Shown: positions 12,664-25,381, numbered from the whole stretch's first letter. The stretch: DNA of 63,701 nt, filler included, from Folioceros fuciformis (GCA_049999805.1; 9 parts of 9 records of this genome joined end to end with filler, not necessarily neighbours in it); one strand, 5' to 3'. Notes: a model not told the origin generated them from the letters alone. Numbers and translations: made by a program.

Positions 12664-14150
12664 GGGCTCTTTCACAAAACCTTTAGAGTGGCTGTAGACG
12701 GTCCAAACATTTTGGACATAACAAATGTGCCCGCTTCGATCGTAGGGCACAAAGTAGTGTCACGATCGGGACATCTATTTTGAGCGCTTATTTTATCCCT
12801 CATCTGTCTCCTCTACTCACACTCATTCACCTTTTTTTCACTTAGGGTTAGGGCTTGTGGGTTCAGCATCCACAGTTCAGCATCCTTCCTTCAAACCTCA
12901 GCCTTCGAACCTCAGCATTCACCGTGTTGTCTGCTCTGCACACATACGTCAGCTCCATGCACACCCATAACCGTCTGAGTTCTTGCCACTCCAATGTAGA
13001 ACCTACCCAAACCCATCCCTAACCGTCTGAGTTTTCACCACTCCAATGTAGAACCTGCCCAAACCGTGGTGTCGAACGTGAGCCCTCAAGGCGGTGGCAA
13101 TCAAGAGCCCTCACTAACAGCCGTATCAATTGGGAGCCCTCGCCCTCAAGGTGGTGGCAATCAGGAGCCCTCACTAACGGGCGGATCAATCGGGAGCCCT
13201 CACCCTCAAGGCGGTGGCAAACAAGAGTGGCGTTTACGATGGGTTTCCTCAACTAAGGCTTCTACCCTTCAGAGGGTGGTGCTTGGTGGCCCTTCAACCT
13301 CAGTGCTACAACGCCTTGGTCTCCATGACCGTAAGCTCTCATCATTTCTCACCCGGACTGCGCATATGGCTATTGGGGCTTACTTTAGGAGATTCAACAT
13401 TACTTTAGGAGATTCAACATTGCAGAGGATCCATTTTGTCAGAAATCCAGGTCTTCAGAAGAAACTCATCACCACATCCTTAGCTAACTCATCACCACAT
13501 CCTTGGCTAACTCATCACCACATCCTTGGCTAGTGTATGGCTACTCGCAACACTTGGATCCAGATGTTTCAAGGCTCTTACTACGATATCCGCTAACTTC
13601 TTACTATTCCCAGACTCATACTACGATATCCGCCAACTTCTTACTGTTCCCAAACGTAGGGAAAAACTTCTCCCTTACTTCAAGGCAATTGGCGATTAAC
13701 TTAGGCTTATTGACATAGCTATCTAGATTTGCTAATTTGTTTGCTCTAATCCTCTTCACTCATATTTTTCATTGTTCAGGCCTCATAGCCTCGCGGCTGC
13801 ATGCGCCTAATGATAAATAAATAAATGATTGCCCATGATAAGGAAGTTTCATGTATCTTTGCAAGAAAGCAATGGGTAATTCGGTGTTTGCTAAAGCCAA
13901 TGAAGAGGCTTATGTAAAGCCAATGAAGAGGCTTATGTAACTATTTAGGTATGGCAGCTCCATTGCTTGTGTAAGGTAGATATGGTAAGTTCCTACTTCA
14001 TGGAAACCACTAAGAGAGAGTATCCATTCTTTAGTCCTTAAGGTTGTTTTATTCTAAGACTGTAGTTAAGATGTTTACGAGTTTAGGGTTCAATGAATTG
14101 ACAACTATTTGTGCAGAATCACACACCTTCTCACATATGAAGAATATCCT
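12664..14150. mobile_element. Non-autonomous DNA-transposon relic rich in tandem duplications; same family as 54262-55382
   Basis: 12720-12840 resembles 54370-54480 (TGCCC..GGGCA.AAAGTAG, GTGTC.CGATCGGGACA). There are internal tandem repeats of about 52, 60, 20, 23 and 41 bp. The right boundary is uncertain. Confidence 0.5.
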
Positions 14151-14843
14151 TGTTGAATAGTAAGATAATATATACTGATACAGGTCTGGTATAGACATCA
14201 ATATATTCTTATTGAACAGTACTTATGCCAAGAAGGAAAAATAACATAAAATAAAACCTAGATCGACCTACATCAAAGTACAGTTCCACAATCCTGGTTA
14301 GACGAAATTGCTTGTATATATACCTCCGTAAAACACACATATTACGTAAGTGAAGAATCGAACATGGAACATTAGCTTTCGTAGCTAATGGCAAGAGTTC
14401 ACTCTAACACGCAACCGCGGTGGATGTGGCTGCAACCAGTAGAGCAGGAGAATCCCCTTGGGCAGCTATTACGGCACAGCCACCCAGGCCCACCACAATC
14501 TAATCAGCGGCTTTCAACTACGTAGATCCCTTTGCTCTGTTTCAACACAAGGAATTCCTTAAAATGTACAGCCTGTGCGTATCCTTCCGATGAGTCAAAC
14601 ATCACATCCCTGGAGAGTTGCGGTATTTAGGCGAGTAGGTTGTATCCTCACGAGCGTCCCCAGCTTTGCTTCGCTCCTCCTCTTGGTAAGTAGCCTGATA
14701 AATCCACCCGCCCCGTGACCACAACCACCCCTTATCAACGGGTGCGCTAGGCAGCTCGCTTAAGACCCGCCACGCACAAGTATCGCGTTAACATTAAATC
14801 ACAGGGGCTGCCTCCATCATCCGGACACTCTTGTCACTGTCTG

Positions 14844-17539
14844 CTAGTAGTAAGCTTTGCGCGGGTTGTTCTGCAACATCGAGCATGGAATGTTTTAACA
14901 GAGAGCTTGACGGACCTGGTGGCATCCTAACTCAACGTCAAACACTTTCACTTAAACACACAGTCCCAGGGTCACCGGTCTTCGACTTCACAACGATTGG
15001 CAGCTGTCTGTGAACCAGCAAAAGAAGCATTGAACAAATCCTCTCACCAGGGGGTTTGGACGGAAGCGATAACCGAGCATCATCCTCTTCTTGTACTGTT
15101 CATAGATGTCATCGTCAGGAGTGACTTCTCCTGGCTGCTCCGCACCAACACCAAGATTATTCAACTTCACGGATCCTGCTTGTACAGGATCAGACCGCCC
15201 ACCTTTCCCGCTTCCAAGACCTTCCCCTGAACAACAGGAACCCATCTATCAGATTCACACAAGCCCAATGCCGGCTCAAGCAGACGAGACTAGGGGAGAC
15301 TAAAGATCACCTTCTTTCCATCCCATCTTTGAAAGCAGTCTGTGGCCGACATTGTCCGCCTGGATCTTTGCACGCTCCTCAGTAGCCTTGGCAGCCTTTT
15401 GTGCCATAGCATCATTGCATTTAGCAAAAAACTTCTCAAGCTCCTCCGGGGGGATGTAGTCACCCATATGGTGCCCCTTCTTCAGTGATGCTGCAGATAT
15501 ACATAGAAAAATCTGTTATCACAACTGCCTCTTCTCACATTTCCGACCCCATCAACCTTGGTCACACTGCGCGCATCATGTGTCCTTCAGTTATACAGGT
15601 CAGACTGGCTGCCGATGTTTCCAGAAGAGAAAAAGTTGCTTAATTTCAATTTTCATATTAACGTCCTCAAAGCGTGGTAAGTGGAAGCAACCTTGAGCAG
15701 CATCCAAAACTTTGGGGGGTGAAAGATATCGAGGCCCAGTCTCTATAAGCCCACAGAACCAGGGTCAAAGGTCATCACAAGACTGCATGCAGTCAATCTG
15801 GCAGTGAAATTTTGGAGCAGACGAGTCATGTCCTCACAGGCATCGCCTGAATCCCAGGTGAAATAAAAGTGGTTAGCAAACCTTGCGGCAGTTCTTCCTG
15901 CGCCCACATAACTGGAGAATGTCGCGACCTTGCTGTGCAGACGACAATCAACACAGTGTCAGTCATCACTTGGGGATCAGGTAACACCATGTCCTGAATA
16001 GGGCCACGTGGAAGCATACGAGATGAAGGCTGGAGAGAAGCAGGCGGTGGCATCTCATCCTTGGCATGTTTAGGAGGTTTTCGAAGGTCTTCTTGCGCAG
16101 CCTTTTTCATGTAAAACTCCATCATCGCTACTGAATCTGCTGATGATGCAGTTTGATGGTCTGTTTAAGGACGCCGACACACAAATCAATAACGAGTACC
16201 AAGGATTTCCACTTGACCACACCAGCAGGTACCTGCATTTTCGGAAAAAGTGCCTTGCTTTTACAAACCTTGAACAGGAATTTCGCGGGCCTGGCTGCTC
16301 CTCCTTCGATCATCAGTTCCCGAATACAGAGCTGATGCTGGAGTATGATAATTAGATCGCTGCTGAGGAAATTTGACCTGAGGAATGTGCTGCCGTGAGG
16401 GAAGTCCACCTGAAGCTTCTGCAAAAGAACAGCCACAAAGCATCCATAGCTGCCAACACGAATCTGATACACATGTGCACGTTGAACAAACTCACCAAAA
16501 AAAAAACATCCTAGATTGTTGGGTCAATTTAACGACTCTTCCAGCACAACAGGTACCTACATGCCCGGAGCTCCAGACTACCCGAAGGCGGAAAGTGCAG
16601 AGGGATATAGAACCTACCAGACGATGGATTTGACTCTTGTTGCAACGCTGCCTCTTCTTGAGCCAGCATGTACTCATAGTACTTGTAGTCCGAGCAGTTT
16701 ACATCAAAAAGAAACCTAAGAAACGTGAACAAGAAATCATGTTGTGACCTCTACAGCCATTTGCAATTAAATGAACAAACATGCACGACACCACCACATC
16801 CGACTGATTCTAAGATAGAGTTTAAGATACCGGAAAGGTGAGTCCCCCGGGTTCTTCTGCCTTGTGATCTCCTCAAACCGCCTTCCATTTTTTGCCACAA
16901 AGTTTGCAAGCTTGTCTGCAACCTTCTTTACTTCAGCGTTGAGTGGTGCTGGAGGTACTGCAAAACAAACTACCGTGGTCAGCCTTGGACAGGAAGAACA
17001 ATCGTTTTCAAAAACGTCTCCCAGCATTGAAAGGTAAACACTCAGACGCTTGCGAACACGGCTCCAAGAACAACTTGGCAAAAAGAAGGCCAAGGAAGCG
17101 AGTCACCTTCGTCTCTAACTTCAGAGGTCCCTGGGGTTGCGGTTGAGCTGCTCTGTCTCACCGTCTTTTGCTTTTTCAACTGCCTTCCGAGTTCGTCTCC
17201 ACCTTCGTCCTCATCATCCTCATCCTCCCCCAACTTGAGCGCGTTTGCAGCAAGCCTAGACTTTTGCTTCAGGCTGAACACCAGCTTCCCGTTGCCGGGC
17301 CCAGTAGCCAACGAGAGAGAGCTGCTTTTCCTCCTCTCCAGCGCGAAGGAGCGCTCACCGCTGGCCAGAGAGTTGGAACCACCGTTCTCCCTGTGATTCC
17401 CAGATGTGCTCGTAGTGACAGACCCGTCCCGTTTCAGCGCCTCCGCTTCCATCTGCTCCTGCTCCTGCTGCAGTCGCCTAAATTTCTGCAGAAACGACCC
17501 GTCATTGCGGAAAAATTCGGGGTCCGTGGCACCATCCAT
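14844..17539 (-). CDS. SURP (SWAP) and G-patch domain splicing factor (SUGP1/SF4-like)
   Basis: N-terminal FRNDGSFLQKF, SURP motif VADKLANFVAKNGRRFE, G-patch NVGHRLLSKMGWKEGEGLG, C-terminal YKKRMMLGYRFRPNPL|NNPRKAYY* (last exon 14844-14870). Confidence 0.92.
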
Positions 17540-18149
17540 GCTTCTGTCGTAGGTAGGGTAGCGTATGTCCGATTACAGTAAGATGCGCTCTCCAGCAGCT
17601 CCTGCTCTATATCATCCATGCAACAAATCCTAGTTCCGCAAAAGCCGCAACTCCCTCCACCATGTCGATTCTCAAGGCCTGCCGTGTCCCCTACACATTC
17701 TCATAGATTGGGCCGTGATAAGGGCTCCACCGCTCGATCTCCCACAAGTGTTGCCGAATTCCACCACCAGCCGAGGAGCAAGCATCTCACCAACCAACAG
17801 AACCTTCGTTCAGCCTCGTTGTTTGCAAGAGTCGAGTTGCTCTCATCCCAGCCCTAGCACCGGGGGGAGAGTGTTGACCGCAACCAATTTTGACAACGGT
17901 GATTGCCTTCACTAAAACTTCCTTTAACTTAAACATACGTACAGTATCGCACTCAGTGTACACCAGGTATATAGACATCATATATACACAAAGTGAGCAT
18001 GCTAACTCTAACGCGCCGAAACTTAGGGCTGAGATAGGGAGTAGTTTCTCGAGGGGCCTGTGCTCGCAATCCCGAAGTAGAAGCTTACTCTCCTGCTCTT
18101 CCCGCTTCCTAATCGCGGCTGTCGCGTGTAAGCTGCTGCAGACACGAGC

Positions 18150-18688
18150 ATGGCGGCTGCGAGGCGGCTGAAACCGCTGCTGGACAGAGTGCTGGTGGAG
18201 AAGGTGGTGCCTCCAACCAAATCTTCCGGCGGTATCTGGCTTCCCGAAGCTGCTGCGGCGGGCAAGGTCGGTTTCCTGTGCAGCCGATGACTCTGTTGGT
18301 TCGAATTGTGGACTTTGTCGTGTCCGTCCAGTTTCTTGTGCTGAAATGGAGGGGATCGGTGATGCAATGAATTGTGCAGGTGAACTCTGCTAAGGTGGTC
18401 GCCGTAGGCCCGGGTGGTAGGACCAAGGATGGCAACACCATTCCAGTGAGTGTGAAGGAGGGAGATACCGTGATACTGCCCGAGTATGGCGGGACTTCTT
18501 TGAAGCTGGATGACAAAGAGTGAGCACTGTCCCTGAATTTGTCCTATTTTGTGGCATTGATCTCCCGGGTGGATGTCTTGTCAGTCGTCTCTTATCACTC
18601 CTAGGTAAGGCTGGTATTGACCTAATCTTGTGCATTCAGGTATATCATCTTACGCGATGATGACATTCTCGGGATACTTCAAGAGTAG
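18150..18688 (+). CDS. CPN10: 10 kDa chaperonin (mitochondrial-type CPN10/HSP10), 3 exons
   Basis: MAAARRLKPLLDRVLVEK...GGIWLPE|VNSAKVVAVGPG...VKEGDTVILPEYGG...|YIILRDDDILGILQE*. GT-AG introns at about 18267-18379 and 18520-18639. It is not shown intact in the ORF track. Confidence 0.93.
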
Positions 18689-19548
18689 TGTATGTTCGTA
18701 ATCGAATTTTTGCTGAGGCTTTTGAGGGGCTGCAAAATGCATCTCACGGCTGCCGCATGTAGCCTCCCTGCCTGCGTTGTTGCTTGTAGAAGTCTATCAC
18801 GCGGCTGTAAGTGACTGCGCTGTTTTTACAGTGCTTTTGCTTCGTTCTTCAGAACAATTCTTTCACGGCCACTGGTAGCCCTAGCTTGCCGGAGAAGTCA
18901 AGTTAATGTAGGTCTCTGATGTTTGGTACTGCAAGCTATCCCCTCTTGTTACAGGACTTTAAGGAGCAACAGGCCTAAATGGCCAGTTGATGGGCCTCGC
19001 TAGTAATCCCTCCTCTTCGGCGAGGACTCTTCCGTCAGTCGTTCGCAGGTTTCCGTTCTTTCTCGAGGACACCGTTGCTCAGCCCTCGTGAACGTGCAAG
19101 TCATGTGGGATATTGAGGCCTGACGTCCAGGGTTTAGGGTTCATCCAAGTGTGTGCGCTGTAGACGCTGGCCTACACCCTAAACCCTTCTTAGCTGACGC
19201 AACTAGATTTGCAAACGTCTTCCTGCTGACACATGTTGCCTGATTTTTGCTTCCAGGTTACCATCTTGCTTTAAATACCACACCTCACTGCTTGAGAATA
19301 TGGTAATAAGGGATATGGTCAGCTCAAAATGAGAGTCATGCAAGTCTTTTATCTCGTTCGCGTTTGTTTGATGAGAGAAAAGAATGGTCGTGCTGCAACG
19401 TCAATCAGTAAATGGCTCGAGTGTCTTCAACCCGTTATCCGGATAGTAGCTCCTGCTGCTGCTGCTGCTGCGTAAACCAACTCGGCATCGAATAACCAGA
19501 GTTGGCGTGTTCCGCAAAGGTTTCTTTTCTTTGTTTGTCTGCCTGAGA

Positions 19549-21876
19549 TTACCCATTGAGGCCCGATACAGATGAGGCTGCAGCACAGTTGCTTTCTTTA
19601 GAGAAGTTGTTTTCCTTTCCGGTGCGCTTGCCATTTCCGACCAGAAAGCTATGAACCACCCCGTCCATGTCCGTCCACCAGCTCTGACCTGGCTGCTTCC
19701 ATGCCCCAATTCCTGTTCTCTGCACCTGCATCTCCAGTGCCTGATCCCACATTTGGGCTGTGGCATAGATGTTGGACATCATCACATATGGCGCGGCATC
19801 GTTCTTGTCCAGCTTCACTGCTTCCTGGAAGGCATGTCGTCCCAACTCCACATTGCACCACTTTTGACAAGCAGCTAATACAGTGTTCCAGATTGTGACA
19901 TTAGCCTGCACAGGCATCGTCTTCACCAAGGTTAGTGCTTCATCCAGTTGGCCTGCACGGCCCAGGAGATCCACCATGCATGAGTAGTGGTCCACTGTGG
20001 GCGTGATCCCATAGCGTTTGCTCATGGCTTCAAAGTACTCTTGGCCCGTGTTCACCAGACCCAAATGACTGCATACTGTAAGTATACTGAGGAACGTAAT
20101 GCTGTCTGGCTCTATGCCATCCTCTCTCATTCTCTGAACCAGGTGGAAGACGGATTCACTGTGTCCTTGGCATGTGTACCCAGCAATCAATGCAGACCAG
20201 GTGATAACACTTCTCTCTGGCATTGCATCAAACACCTCCTGGGCATCAACCATGCTCCCCGACTTTGCGTACATGTTAATCAAACTACTGGCCACAAACA
20301 CATCATGTTCAAGCCCCTGTGCTCTGATCTGTTCATGGAGCTGCCTGCCCAGATGCAACGCTGCCACATTTGCACATGCCTGGAGGAGGAACACGAATGT
20401 CACAGAATCAGGTATGCTAAGGCCTTCTTCTTGCATCGAAAGGTACAGATGAAGGGCTTCCTGACCCATGCCCGGCTGGGAATATCCTGCTATGAGAGCG
20501 GTCCAGGTCACCACATCTTTGTTGCCAAGTCCATCAAACATTTCCTGAGCATCCTTTAGGCTGCCACACTTGACATACATGTTCACTAGATTGTTGGCTA
20601 CAAACACATCCCCTTGCAGTCCTTGTTGTCTTATCTGTGCATGCAGCTCCCTGCCCTTCTCCAGAGCTGGTGTGCCCACACTTGCACACGCCTGCAGCAG
20701 GCATGCAAACGTGACAGCATCGGGTGTAGCAATCCCTTCTTCTTGCATACTGCTGTAAAGGCGAAGGGCTTCCTGGCCCATCCCCTGCTGGGAATACCCT
20801 GCGATGAGGGCAGTCCAAGTCACCACAGTCTTGTGACCGAGTGCGTCGAAGACGCCTTGCGCATCTTCCACGCTGCCACACTTGGCATACATATTCACCA
20901 AACTGTTGGCCACGAACACGTCAGCTTCATGTCCTTGAGCTCTAAGTTGAGCATGTAGATGCCTTCCCATGTCCAAAGCTGCCGTGCCCACACTGGCACA
21001 TGCCTGCAGCAAGCACAGATATGTCACAGGATTGGGTGCCACGACGCCTTCTTCTCGCATAGCCTTGTAAAGCTGAAGGGCCTCCTCCCCCATGCTCTGC
21101 TGGGAATATCCTGATATCATTGCACTCCATGTCACCACATCTTTCTCCTCGAGTCCATCAAACACCCTTTGAGCGTCCTTCAAGCTGCCACATTTGGCAT
21201 ACATGTCGACCAAGCAATTCCAAACGAACAAATTCAGCTCAACGCCGCTAGCCAACATCTGAGCATGCACCTGCTGGCCAGTCTTCAAGTCTGCTCCCTT
21301 CGCACAAGCCTGAAGGGCTGCTACGAACACATGGCCATGTGGCCTCACACCTGACCTGCACATCCCATGGTACAGCTCTATGGCCCGCCTATCCCGTCCG
21401 TGTTTGCCATGCGCAGAAATTATGACAGACCAAGTGTAGGCGTCTGGTCTGGGCACCGTCGTAAACACATCCATAGCTTCCTCCAACCTGCCATGAGAAG
21501 CATATAGTCGCAGGATGTGGTTGCACAGGAACGTGTCCGACTCGTACCCCGCCTTCACGATCAGAGCATGCACAAGGCGGCCCAGAGGCAAATCCTTCTG
21601 ACCTACACATAGCTTCAGGATCCTGTACCACAGAAATTTGGAAATGCGATTGCATGTTTGCACCAGAACTCCCGTACCTTCAACAGCGGCAGTGAAGTGC
21701 CCCTGCTCACATAGCTTGCTCACTGCTTCAGCCGTCACCCCTCTCTCGTGTTTTGCAGGCCCCCAGCAGTGGCCACGACGGCCCACGAAAGACAAGGAGC
21801 TGCCTAACGCATGGTTCCTTGAAGTCAGGTGGGACGGACCTCTTCCCAAAATTCCTGTCAGCCTCCACACGCCCAT
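19549..21876 (-). CDS. PLS-class PPR protein with E domains and a WW-type PG box; truncated before the DYW deaminase
   Basis: Repeated P-L-S motifs (LVDMYAKCGSL.DA..VFD, DVVTW.AMI.GY), E1/E2 and KQPGQSWWTDMDG. No HxE/CxxC in frame. Single exon. Confidence 0.95.
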   Translation of the reverse strand: MGVWRLTGILGRGPSHLTSRNHALGSSLSFVGRRGHCWGPAKHERGVTAEAVSKLCEQGHFTAAVEGTGVLVQTCNRISKFLWYRILKLCVGQKDLPLGRLVHALIVKAGYESDTFLCNHILRLYASHGRLEEAMDVFTTVPRPDAYTWSVIISAHGKHGRDRRAIELYHGMCRSGVRPHGHVFVAALQACAKGADLKTGQQVHAQMLASGVELNLFVWNCLVDMYAKCGSLKDAQRVFDGLEEKDVVTWSAMISGYSQQSMGEEALQLYKAMREEGVVAPNPVTYLCLLQACASVGTAALDMGRHLHAQLRAQGHEADVFVANSLVNMYAKCGSVEDAQGVFDALGHKTVVTWTALIAGYSQQGMGQEALRLYSSMQEEGIATPDAVTFACLLQACASVGTPALEKGRELHAQIRQQGLQGDVFVANNLVNMYVKCGSLKDAQEMFDGLGNKDVVTWTALIAGYSQPGMGQEALHLYLSMQEEGLSIPDSVTFVFLLQACANVAALHLGRQLHEQIRAQGLEHDVFVASSLINMYAKSGSMVDAQEVFDAMPERSVITWSALIAGYTCQGHSESVFHLVQRMREDGIEPDSITFLSILTVCSHLGLVNTGQEYFEAMSKRYGITPTVDHYSCMVDLLGRAGQLDEALTLVKTMPVQANVTIWNTVLAACQKWCNVELGRHAFQEAVKLDKNDAAPYVMMSNIYATAQMWDQALEMQVQRTGIGAWKQPGQSWWTDMDGVVHSFLVGNGKRTGKENNFSKESNCAAASSVSGLNG

Positions 21877-22329
21877 GGACCACGAGGTCGTCCACTTGGC
21901 CCGCAGAGGCTGGGGCTGGGGCCTGGCCTGGGCATGCCCACCAGCAGCTCATCAGCTGGACCTGAGCTTGGCCAAATATCAGAGCTTGGAGTAACAGGCT
22001 TGCAAGACGGGGGCATTGCAAACGCCGAGCAGATCGAAGCCACTAAGATTCTGGATGCAATCGTTGCTGGCAGCTCGATTGCTGAATGTGGGGGAATGAG
22101 CATCCGCGACACGTAAATCGAGGGAAATGATTTTGCGATGCGCACCGTTAAGCAATGGTCTCTAAAGTTATGTACAAGGTACCAAAAACTACACCGTTAA
22201 CACTGTCCAAATTAAAGGAATTTCAGTTCCACAGCCTGTCATTCAGGTTTCTCGGGTAGGTACGACTCTAATGACTATACATACAGTCCACATGATCCCA
22301 AACTGTAGTACCTAACTCGAGCCTAGGGC

Positions 22330-23223
22330 CAGCGCAACAAGAGACTGGACATGACCACCTCTATGCAGTGACCCCGACCAGCCAAGGCATGGCATGTACT
22401 GTATACACGGAACTGGGTCACACAAATTGCTCCACGCTAGACACCATGGAAGTCGCATGGTCAGGTGGCGCGCTACAGTTCGCGAGAACAACATGGGAGA
22501 GTCGGCCTCCCCAGGATCCCCGCATAGAGGTTGCCATCCTAAAATAAACCACCTCAAATTTCTCACTGTCACCACCTGTGTCGCAACACCCCAGAGTCAT
22601 ATTTAGAATCATCATCGGCTGCCACTCCTACCAGCAAGAGGTCCAGGCCAGGATAAGCTGAAACAAACTTGTCAGCACAGCAGCTACATTTTGCCATATG
22701 CCATCCATTATCCGTTTCGGAACGTAAACCACCACCACCACAGTAGGTGCAACACGAACCTGCCTTCGAGAGCAAGCGTCCCCCGCAAACCCTACCCGCT
22801 GGGGCTCGGAGTCCGCACCAGGGGTGCGATAGGCACAACAATCCACATACCCCTGTCGGTGCTGAGGCGCCCGTCTCCTTGAAACCCCAAAATGCCGCTT
22901 CCAAGAAACAACTTGCCCCCCACGCCATCAGGACACCTGCACGCACCAGGCCGGCTGCGAGACCTCCCAAATCGCAAGCTGTAAGCACACGGCGTCCGAA
23001 CAGCAGAATGAGCCTGCTCCTTGTCGCGGTGGGAAGAAGTGAACACCCGAATCTCCTTCCTCAACGGCAGCTCCCCATGCACTCCGTGGGCTCGAGTTGA
23101 TAGCAAACTCCTGTACCAATTCATGCATCCTAATAGGGACTCGAAGAGGCAGGCCAAGGGCAGATATGCCACGACCCTCTCCGCGATGTCCCCTGGCCGG
23201 AGCTGCTGAAGTTCCTGCCCCAT
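22330..23223 (-). pseudogene. F-box protein relic
   Basis: N-terminal F-box-like LRPGDIAERVVAYLPLACLFESLLGCMNWYRSLLS. The downstream part is split over frames with stops (GLLCL, YDS motifs). Confidence 0.55.
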
Positions 23224-23839
23224 CGCTCTAGCTCAGGCTCAAAGACTGAGCCCCTTGAGTCCTCCAATTCCAAGCTACGCAGACTGCCATACGAGATTGA
23301 AATGTCCTCTAGCTCACCTTACAAGAGCACCGCTAGCTGCAGCGCATAGAGCTTGCAAGAGATAAGCAGCCTCACAATCACCAATCCCGTCAGCAGCAGA
23401 GCATTCACGATGACAAACCCCATGGAGAAAAACTCAGAGGGCAATTCAGATGCAACACCGCAATTCGCAATCACACGGCAGATGAGGAGCGACTGCAATC
23501 CTCACACCAGAGACCCGGTGCGAGCAGCCGCTTAATCCACGCGGACGGCACAGACTGTTGAAGTGCTAGAGGTTGCACCCTTCTTGCGGGCAGACGGGGA
23601 CTGGGAAAAGAGACAAGGAAACCATCATATCCCAAACGGACACCGGACACGTTTCCCAACCCGTCCGATGTTTACGGCGACCGCGTCATGTATCAGTTCT
23701 CAACGACCGTATGCGGACGGTCGTAAATAGTAGTTCGTTCCACTGGTGGTGACAGGTTACCGAGACGAGACACTCTCCCAATAACGACACACTTTTTCCC
23801 TCAATTCGTAAAACTTATTGCGAACTTACTATCTACTAT

Positions 23840-25381
23840 TTACTCCTCTGGCTCCTCGTCTGAGTTGGCGAGAAACGAGCCCAAGGACTGTTTGAGAAGG
23901 TTAAAGGATTTCGTCTCCTGCAACAAATCGAATCAAAGTCGACGAAGGGATCAGAACGCGTCGAATGAACTGTTCAAGCAGAATATCATGCACAGTTGTA
24001 TCCGAGAATGAGGAGAATCAGTAAGTAACCAGACGCGAACGGGATCAGGAAAGCCATGGACAGCATATACCTTCTTGTTTTTCAGGAGCGCTTGCTCTAC
24101 CTTTTCGATCTTCTCTGTGCATGCTTTTTGCAGCTCGGCCAAAGCAGCCTTTTCCTTTTTCTCTGCAGGGTAAAAGAAGCCTATCAGTGGCAGTGTGTAT
24201 GATAGTCACCTTCAGGATTCAGCAGCTGCCCTCGATGCCAAACACGTCACTCGTGGAAGTTCTGCCGCACTCACTCTGCTGCTCGTAGCGCACACTGAGT
24301 TTATCTTTGAAATCTTCGAACTTCGCAAATAGTTCTTTGGATGATTGTGCACAGCCCACCCCTCATCAGCTGACCATGTTCTACACACCGTAATCAACCT
24401 ACCCATCACAGAATTGGTAGATCGCTGAACCCCGGCAGTCAAATTCCAAATTGCCGTGCGGCCGTACCTTCGTAGGTCTGCAAGTGTTTGGCCTTTTCTT
24501 TGCAAAAATTGTCATAAAGCTCTTGGTACTTCGTGGACTCGATCTTCAGCGAAGTTTCACACTGTTATAGCGAGAGAGTCATAAAGGGAGTCTTATGTCA
24601 CGATAGATCGACCCTTAGCTCAAATTGTACGATTGCAGCTACTCACATCTTTGCAAGTTTTGGTCGCAGCTTTCACGAGGGCTTGCCTGCTCAGGACAGG
24701 TGAGACACACATACCAAGATCACCTTCTGGAAACAGCACTTTTTTGTGCATGTCAAGTTTACTATGAAGTCAAACTAACCGGATCCAACGGATCATGTGA
24801 GCAACACATACCTCTCCTTCTCAGCTCTCACTTTGGCTTCATCCAGGACTGTTTTGAGTTCGGCATGCAAGCTGCAGTTTATATTTTCATAGCTAGCTCA
24901 GCTAGCCACTATGCTATGTACAGTACATATGTCCGTCCACCTGCGAATGTAAGACGAAACAGGAAAAGAGGATGAATGGCGTAGAATGAAGTACCTACTG
25001 ATCAGTTCTTCATTCCTCCTCTGACCATCGGTTTTCGCTTTCTGTCGAACTTGCTGTAAGGCTGCGAGAATGCCTTTTATTTCACTGGTAGGCCTTGCAT
25101 GCAAGCTCCGATCCGTCAGCAACAATGCGGTCTGTTATTTGTTCAAATAGGTTGCAAGAATTACAACAATTTGCCACAGGATCGGGAATATGTGCCATGC
25201 GCAAGAGATGCAGAAAACATAGATCAGCTCCGGATTCTTCTCGGCACCTGGAGAGATTGCTTTCCAGATCATCGTCAGTAGTGGAAGCTGTCCGTGGGCC
25301 TACAATGTCCTTCGACGCCGGCGCTTCCCTCATGCGCTTTTTACTCGCTAGATCGGCCGTCATCGCCGTCATCGCCGTCAT
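23840..25381 (-). CDS. ASY4: Meiotic chromosome-axis coiled-coil protein ASY4-like, multi-exon
   Basis: Exons DDDLESNLS|SEIKGILAALQQVRQKAKTDGQRRNEELIS, FAKFEDFKDKLSVRYEQQ, ACTEKIEKVEQALLKNKK|ETKSFNLLKQSLGSFLANSDEE follow the Arabidopsis ASY4 sequence as I recall it. Confidence 0.8.

Noticed and set aside
13082-13220. 155-aa ORF with repeated PQGGGNQEPSLT, or a CRISPR-like repeat
   Set aside because: It is the translation of a 60-bp tandem DNA repeat in a TE relic.
23704-23733. ACGACCGT-N6-ACGGTCGT hairpin as a Helitron 3' end
   Set aside because: No CTRR terminus at the expected distance and no 5' TC end.
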